Shown here piece by piece: positions 57,577 to 64,000 of a stretch of 64,000 nucleotides of DNA; the stretch's first letter is position 1, and each line of letters opens with the position of its first letter. The notes beneath the pieces are model-generated. The model was not told the origin of the DNA. It saw only the letters and a list, made by a program, of their open reading frames with translations, and did not search any database. This stretch comes from an uncultured Verrucomicrobiae bacterium (lineage in GTDB: Bacteria; Verrucomicrobiota; Verrucomicrobiia; Chthoniobacterales; UBA10450). The translations under genes were made by a program, and so were the position numbers. The DNA is taken from assembly GCA_963726745.1 (NCBI GenBank), contig CAVSDR010000007.1, forward strand, positions 64,001-128,000, read 5' to 3'.

Positions 57577-60526
57577 AGGGCAGGTGAATCACGATGCGGG
57601 TGCCTTTGCCGGGTGTGGTCTCAACCGAGTGCGAGCCGTCGAGCAGGCGCACCCGTTCTGCGATTCCCAGCAGGCCGAAGCCGCGCTGTTCACTCTCGGA
57701 AACAGCAGCGAGATCGAACCCACGGCCGTTATCCTCGATCGTGAGATGCACCGCGTCCTCCTGCACCACCAGGCGGACGGTCGCGTCGGTCGCGCCAGCG
57801 TGTTTGATGATGTTGTTCAAGCTCTCCTGCACGATCCGGTAGACGCTGATTTCCGCTTCCGGCGGGAAGAGGCCGGCGAGTTCATCGATATCCGCCTCGA
57901 TTGAGAGTCCGCCGCCCGGCGCAGCCTTGTTCAGCATCGAGCGCAAAGCTTTCGTTAGGCCGAGTCGGTCGAGCAGGTACGGCCGGAGGTTGTGCGCGAT
58001 TTCGCGCACCTCGCCGATGGCCTGCGCAGAGTGTTCCGTGATTTGCTCGATCTGGCGTTGCGCGCTTGGGAGATCGGTCGCGTTTTGCGCGGCCGCGAGG
58101 GCGCGGTTGTTGATCATCGCGAGGGTTTGCCCGAGGCCATCGTGCAGCTCCGCGGCGACGCGGCGACGTTCAGTCTCGTGGGCCGCAATCAGCCGCCGCG
58201 AGAAATCGCGCTGCATTGCAAAGCGCTGGCGTAATTGGCGCCCGCGCCACCAGAAGCCGAGCACCATCATCGCCCCCAGAAGCCCTGCGCCTAACGAGAG
58301 AAACCACCAGGTCTGCCAGAACGGCGGCAGCATCACGATCGGCAGACTGGTGACCGCGCTCCAGACGCCATCGCCATTATCGGCGCGCACCCGAAAGCTG
58401 TAGGAGCCGGGCGGGAGGTGCGAAAAATACGCCGTGCGCCGGGTCTCCGCGTTCGTCCATTCGCGGGTCAGGCCAGCCATTTGATACTCGAAGCGGACCT
58501 CCTGCGGACGCTGCCAGCTCAGGCCGGCGTAATGGATCTCCAGCTCTTCCTCGCCCGGGCGAAGGGTGAGCTTGCTGCCTAACGAGTGCAGCTGGTGATC
58601 GATCAGCGCGCTTTCCAGGACTACCCGCGGCGGCGCCTCGTTTTGCTTCGCCGGATCGACCACGGCCACGCCTTTGATCGTGGGAAACCAGAGTGTCCCG
58701 TCACGCATCTTCCAGCCCGCCGGCGTGGCGCCATTGCACTCGCGGCTGATCATCCCATCGGCGGAGCCGTAGCCGTAGGAATGCACCCGCGTGGCCTGGC
58801 CATCTGCGACCGCATTTAACTCCGCAAGACGGGCGCGATAAATGCCTTTGTTCCCGCTCATCCAAAGATTGCCGGCGTCATCCTCCAGGATGGAGAACGC
58901 GAGGTCGTCGTAGAGCCCTTGGTGGCTGGTAATGACGGCAAACTTTTCGTCTTTTCGCCGAACCAAACCACCGCCATGCGTGCCGATCCAGAGCGCGCCG
59001 GAGCGATCCTCGTAGAAACCCAGGATGTGATTATCCGGGAGACCATTGGCCGTCGTCCACGAGGTGAAGTTGCCGTCTGCGACACGCGTGAGCCCGTCAT
59101 GAATCGTGCCGATCCAAACATTGCCGGCACGATCTTCGAAGAGGCTTTCGACATGGGCCTCGCGCAGGAGTGGCGTCGCCAGCGCAAGCTGGCCCGAGCC
59201 ATCGGCGGCGCCGACAAAGAGACCGCGGACGGTGCCAACCCAAAGGCGGCCGGCTCGATCGCACAGCAACGCAATCACTGCGGGGATTTTTTGCCCGGGC
59301 CATAACGGCGTCTGCTGGCCTCCCTCCAGCCGAGCCAGCTCATGCCCTGGCATGCCGGGAGCGACAAAGAGTGTTCCGGTCGCGCTCCTGGCCAGAGTAT
59401 TCGCGCGCGCGTTTGCCGCCATCTGGAAAACGCCGCCTGCGAAGCGAAACAGTGCCTTGGAACTTCCAACCCAAATCGTCCCCGTTTCGTCCTGGATAAC
59501 CGGGCGGATGGAATCGCCCAGCAAGCCATCGCGGCTGGTGTAAACGCCGATGCGACCATGCCGGAGGCGGATCAAGCCATCGGCGTAGGTGCCGACCCAG
59601 AGGTCGCCTTCAGCGTCCGGATAAAGCACGCGAACGGGGGATTGCCCTAACGAGTCTTGCGTGGCGCACTCGCGAAAATCGCCGGCGGCATCTTGCTGGT
59701 AAATTTTCCCCTCGCTCGTGCCGATCCATAACCGGGCGTCCGGGCCGAAGGCGAGCGCGCTCACGCCCGCATTGAGCGGAGGCGGTTGGTCGCCACGCGA
59801 GACGAACTCTCCGCCCTCAAACCGGAGTAGGCCCTGCCCGGTCCCCGCCCATAGTCCCGTGCGATCCGCGGCCAGCGCGATCACTGCTTCCGCGCGCGCC
59901 TCTGGCAGCGGAAAGGCCGTAAAGGCCTCACCGCGAATTCGGCCTAACGAACCATCGAGGCCAAGCCAAAGATCGCCCGCGGGGTCGACCGCGAGCGCTT
60001 GCACATGGCTGGCGGACAACCCGGCGGCGGTGTCGAAATTCGTCCAGTGTCCCTCTTTCCACCGGCTGACGCCGTGGCCGAGCGTACCCACCCAGACGGC
60101 CCCAGTCGGATCCTCCGCGAGCGCGGTCACGTAGTCATCGCCCAGCCCGTCCTGTGCAGTCACAAGGCGAAAGCGGCCGTTCTCATAACGGGTGAGCCCG
60201 CCGCCCGCGGTCCCGATCCAGAGGGTGCCGGCGTGATCTTCCAGGAGCGAAGTGACATGGCTATTCGCCAGCTCCGGCGTGTTCGTCCGGTCGAAGATCG
60301 CGAAGCGCACCCCATCGAACCGCGCGAGGCCCTCGATCGTGCCCAGCCAGAGGTAGCCGTCGCGGGTGTGGGTCACGGCGAGCACGCTGTTCTGCGGCAG
60401 ACCATCTTCGTCCTGCCAAAAGCGCACCTGGTAGCGCGGCGGAAAAGTTGCCGGCAACTTCTCGTCCGCGAACAGGGGATGCGCCGCGGCACAAAAGAGA
60501 AGCCCAAGGACGACCAGACATTTCAT
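57557..60526 (-). CDS. Sensor histidine kinase with periplasmic beta-propeller and Y_Y_Y domains (HisKA_3)
   Basis: Repeated DxxGxLWIGT..GL blades, PPGSYSFRVRA, PPFWQTWWF TM, ELHDGLGQ H-box and DNGRGF. Confidence 0.92.
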   Translation of the reverse strand: MKCLVVLGLLFCAAAHPLFADEKLPATFPPRYQVRFWQDEDGLPQNSVLAVTHTRDGYLWLGTIEGLARFDGVRFAIFDRTNTPELANSHVTSLLEDHAGTLWIGTAGGGLTRYENGRFRLVTAQDGLGDDYVTALAEDPTGAVWVGTLGHGVSRWKEGHWTNFDTAAGLSASHVQALAVDPAGDLWLGLDGSLGRIRGEAFTAFPLPEARAEAVIALAADRTGLWAGTGQGLLRFEGGEFVSRGDQPPPLNAGVSALAFGPDARLWIGTSEGKIYQQDAAGDFRECATQDSLGQSPVRVLYPDAEGDLWVGTYADGLIRLRHGRIGVYTSRDGLLGDSIRPVIQDETGTIWVGSSKALFRFAGGVFQMAANARANTLARSATGTLFVAPGMPGHELARLEGGQQTPLWPGQKIPAVIALLCDRAGRLWVGTVRGLFVGAADGSGQLALATPLLREAHVESLFEDRAGNVWIGTIHDGLTRVADGNFTSWTTANGLPDNHILGFYEDRSGALWIGTHGGGLVRRKDEKFAVITSHQGLYDDLAFSILEDDAGNLWMSGNKGIYRARLAELNAVADGQATRVHSYGYGSADGMISRECNGATPAGWKMRDGTLWFPTIKGVAVVDPAKQNEAPPRVVLESALIDHQLHSLGSKLTLRPGEEELEIHYAGLSWQRPQEVRFEYQMAGLTREWTNAETRRTAYFSHLPPGSYSFRVRADNGDGVWSAVTSLPIVMLPPFWQTWWFLSLGAGLLGAMMVLGFWWRGRQLRQRFAMQRDFSRRLIAAHETERRRVAAELHDGLGQTLAMINNRALAAAQNATDLPSAQRQIEQITEHSAQAIGEVREIAHNLRPYLLDRLGLTKALRSMLNKAAPGGGLSIEADIDELAGLFPPEAEISVYRIVQESLNNIIKHAGATDATVRLVVQEDAVHLTIEDNGRGFDLAAVSESEQRGFGLLGIAERVRLLDGSHSVETTPGKGTRIVIHLPYAHNHS

Positions 60527-60574
60527 CGTGCGCAGTCCCACTAAAGATGGCCCGCGCGCTTCTGGCGATCTCCT

Positions 60575-63500
60575 TCACCGTTGGAAATGCCGGCGGATTG
60601 GCCGCCACGCCAGGAGGGCCGCGCCAATGAAAAGCATCCCCCAGGTCGCCGGTTCAGGGACAGGCGCCGCGCCGAGGTAAGTAAGGGTAATGTCGTTAGG
60701 CAAAGCGCCCCCGTCGGCATTGGCGGCGTAATTGACCGAAAAGATGCCCGCGGGACTGGCGTAGACTCCGCCCGGCGCGTTGGCAAAATTGCCGATGACC
60801 GGAGAGCTGCCGCCGTCGATCACGATCGCGAAGACCTGGTTCTGTCCCGGCGTAAAACCATTGACCAGGCTCACCATCAAATTCCCGGCGAGGGTCAACT
60901 GGCCGGACATCAAAACTTGATCATAACCGGTGCCGCCGTTCGTCCCTCCGAGTTCGATGCTCAGGGTCGAGCCCAGGCCTAACGAGAGATCGTTCGCAAT
61001 GGTCAACTGTCCGGGGCTATTTCCCGGAGCGAGCGTGCCGCCTGCTTGCACGCTGACGGGACCAGCAATGCGCCCGCCTCCGCCGAGGGTAGCGCCGTTT
61101 TGCACCGCGACTGCGCCGGAACCGGTGCCGGAAAGGGCAGGATTGTTCACCAGCAAAGTCCCGCCCTGCACTACGGTCCCGCCGGAGTAGAGGTTGCTGC
61201 CGCTAAGATTGAGCGTGCCGCCGCCGGTTTTGTTGAGCTGCGTGGCCAGGCCGTTGTCGCCATTCGCGATGCTCCCTGGAACGCTAAGGGTGCCGCCATT
61301 GGCTACCGAGATCGTGCCGGCGCCATTCGCGGTGGGCGCTTCCAGATGCAGCGATCCGCTGTAGGTGGAAGTCGCGGAATTGTCGGCGGTCACGCTGCCG
61401 CGAACGTTGACATAGCCAGTGCCAGTGGTGACCGCGCCACCATTGATCGCGAGGTTGGTGATGGACTCCGCGAAGGAGTTCAAATCGAGCAGGCCGCCGG
61501 CGTTCACCGTGATGCTCTTGTCGTCGCGGACCTGACTGGACGCTCCGTAGCGGACGATGGTGCCGCCATTCACCGTGAGATTGCCGCCCATCGCGCTGCC
61601 GAAAGCATTCTCAGGTCCTTGTCCGCGCTTGCTCAGCACCAAAGTGCCGCCGTTCACCACTGTGTCCCCGGTGTAGGTGTTCGGTGTATTGCCGGAGAAG
61701 ATCAGGCTGCCGCCGCCCTGCTTGTTGAGTTGCGCCGGCAGGCCGTTGTCACCGTTGGCGATCACGCCGGAAATGTCGAAGAGTCCTCCGGCTGCCACCG
61801 AGATATTGCGCGCGGCATTCGCCGTGGGCGCTTCGAAATGCAGGTTGCCGGCGTAGCTCGAGAAGGTCGAGTTGTTGGCGGCGATCGTTCCGCGCACATT
61901 CAGGTAACCGGCGCCGGTGATAACACTGCCGCCGTTAACCGTGAGATCCACGATGGACTCGGCAAAGCCGTTCAAGTCGAGCGTGCCCGCGTTGATGATG
62001 CTCTTATCGTCGCGCACCTGGCTGTCGGCGCCGTAGCGAACGGTCGCGCCGCTGCTGACAAAAAGATTGCCGCCCATCGCGCTGCCGAAATTAGCCGGCG
62101 CGCCGACGTTGGTCTTCGCCAGCACGAGCGTGCCGTTGTTTACGAAGGTGTCACCGGCGTAGGTGTTGGGCGACGCGCCGCTGAATGTGAGCGTGCCAGC
62201 GCCGCTCTTGACCAGGCCGCCACTGCCGCTGATCACGCCGGCAAAGGTCTGCGCGTTCGGGTTGGCAAAGGCGAGGGTGGCGTTGTTGATGATGTTGCCG
62301 AGAACGCTGCTGTTCGCGGAGGTGCTGTTGCCGAGCTGCAAGGTCCCGCCGCTGATGGTGGTGCCGCCGGTGTAGGTGTTCGCCCCCGCGAGCGTGAGCG
62401 TGCCAGCGCCGGACTTGGTCAGACCTCCATCGCTCGCAGCATCGCCAGCGATGGTGGAATGAATCAGCGGGGCAGCGAGGCTGACGTTGAAGCCGTTCGT
62501 ATCGATCTTCGCGCCGCCGTTTCGCACCTGATTTGTCCCGACGCTCACAGCGAAGTTCGCAGTCGCCTGGAGCGTGCCGCCATTGAAATTGAAGAGGCCG
62601 TTTCCAGCGCTGATCGCGTTTAATCCGGAGGTGCGGAGCAGACCGCCGTCGAGGTTATAGCTGCCTCCGGCGCCGAAGAGGATCTGGGTGGCCGTGACGG
62701 TGCCGCCGCTTTGCTGCACCAGGCCGGAAGTTGGTTACGCCTAGCCTGAAAGGTTACCGACCGCGAGGGAGGTGCTCGCGCCACTGACCGGTAAGGTCGG
62801 GTGCCACGGAAACACCTCTAGCTCGATCGAAATGGGTCAAGCCATCAACTTTGTAGGAGCCCGATGTTCACGCCATTATTCGCGAGGCTGTCGAGATCGA
62901 GCTTGTGCGCCGGCGACGAAGGGATATCGTCCCCCCGATCGTTGTTGAAGCCGCTCTTCGCGCCCACGGCACCGGTGGAGACTGGTTCCCCGAGAAGCTG
63001 AGGGTCCGATATCGTTGTCTACTTGTGTGATCCTTCAAGATCCCGCCGGAAACGCTGAGATCGGCAGTCACCGTGCCGCCCAGGGCTGAGGAAAGAAGTG
63101 CCGGTAAGGCTGCCGTTCTGGATCGTGCCGCCGCTAGGAGCTGCGGTTCTGGCCTCCAGAGATGGATATGCCGCCCAGGTTGATCGCTCCCACGGTCTGG
63201 CTGGTGCCGCCGAGGTCGAGATCAGAGCAGAGCTGTAAATGTTCAAGGTATTGCCGGTGATTTCCCAGTGTGCCGGCGCCGGTGAGTCGCCAGGATTGTG
63301 AAGTTGAAGTTCGTGAGGTGATGGGCCCGGAAAACGCATTAGGGGCGCTTAAGGTCAGAGGCCCCGACCAAAGATAAGCCCGCCCGTGTTGGAGCTACTG
63401 AGGGGAGAGCCAAAGGTTGATGCTTTGAGTGCGAGGCTTGTGCTGAAGATAAAGATTGTCCAGCACTATTGGCGATGCGGCCCGAGGGGTCGCTCGAAGT

Positions 63501-64000
63501 GGCGTCGAGCTGCAGAACACCACCGTTGAATTGGATCGGACCTGAGCTGCCCAAAGCTCCCGCGCTGGCGGCGAAAAGCGTGCCATCATTCAGGAACGTG
63601 CCGCCGGTGTAGGTGTTGTTGCCACTCAGCGTCAGCGTCTTGGTGCGCGCTCCATTCAGATAGGCCGCGCCGGTGCCCGCCAGATTGGCGCTGACGTTGG
63701 CATCACCACTGTTGCCGTCTCGGCCGGGAATGAACGTGCCGATAAGTTGAAGAGTTGGCCGATCAAGGTGCCATTCCGAATGACGCCGCCGAGCCCGATA
63801 TCGCTTGAGCCGGCTAAGTTCACAGTCCCGGCGCTCTGGTTTGTGCCGCCTAAATCAAGGAAGCCTCCGCCGACCGTGAGCGTGCTCGCGGTATTCCCGA
63901 GCGTGCCCGCGCCGCTGATCGCCAGCGTGCCGCGCGTAACCATGGTGCCGCCGGAGTAGCTGTTGTGCCCGGTCAGCGTCGCGACGGAATTGTCTCCCAG
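60575..64000 (-). CDS. PEP-CTERM surface protein with autotransporter-associated beta-strand repeats; intact 62719-60575, frameshifted upstream, 5' end beyond the window
   Basis: LTKSGAGTLTL.G.NTYTGGT repeats and C-terminal VPEPATW-TM-RRH; the same repeats recur in broken frames (LSGNNTYTGGT ~63610, LTGHNSYSGGT ~63960). Confidence 0.85.
61228..62210 (-). repeat. Internal tandem duplication of about 165 aa in the PEP-CTERM protein
   Basis: Two copies of PNTY.GDT..FGSAMGGNL..QVRDDKSI..FAESI..EAPTAN..IANGDNGL..QLNK. Confidence 0.85.

Larger units (their letters stand above)
31401..60985. repeat. Dispersed 9-mer TCGTTAGGC/GCCTAACGA, about 21 exact copies
   Basis: Copies located by eye on both strands; coordinates are in the findings. 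Confidence 0.8.

Noticed and set aside
1..64000. Mobile elements, rRNA, CRISPR arrays
   Set aside because: No transposase, integrase, phage gene, rRNA-like stretch or repeat-spacer array was seen.

Overview
GC-rich bacterial DNA, most likely Verrucomicrobiota (Chthoniobacterales/Spartobacteria-like). This is inferred from the gene complement and the PEP-CTERM/autotransporter-repeat protein. Positions 1-40 kb are a very large surface-polysaccharide locus. It has a ~33.7 kb minus-strand operon (priming sugar transferase, two oxidoreductase/DegT amino-sugar modules, a Wzc-like pseudokinase, three deacetylase-like proteins, two FemAB-like GNAT proteins, an AsnB-like amidotransferase, glycosyltransferases, a Wzy/O-antigen-ligase-like protein, Wzm/Wzt, RfbF, a C-methyltransferase, a dehydratase and an acetyltransferase), a divergent export operon (OM beta-barrel, short OPX/Wza, Wzc) and gmd. 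Positions 40-57 kb are housekeeping genes: ispH, L,D-transpeptidase, two lipid A acyltransferases, queC, NlpC/P60, M20 peptidase, APC permease, smc, DUF21 and 2-oxoacid dehydrogenase E1a/E1b/E2. Positions 57-64 kb hold a two-component system and a PEP-CTERM repeat protein. Three signals stand out. (1) A non-canonical tRNA-Thr(CGU) at 16432-16504 sits inside the polysaccharide operon, 23 nt behind a FemAB-like gene, suggesting a dedicated-tRNA system for aminoacylating the glycan. (2) The non-palindromic 9-mer TCGTTAGGC is strongly over-represented on both strands beyond 31 kb and was not seen in the first 31 kb. (3) Tandem NrdR-like boxes lie upstream of smc. Several single-base frameshifts (wzm, degT, smc x2, the last 1.3 kb) look like assembly errors.
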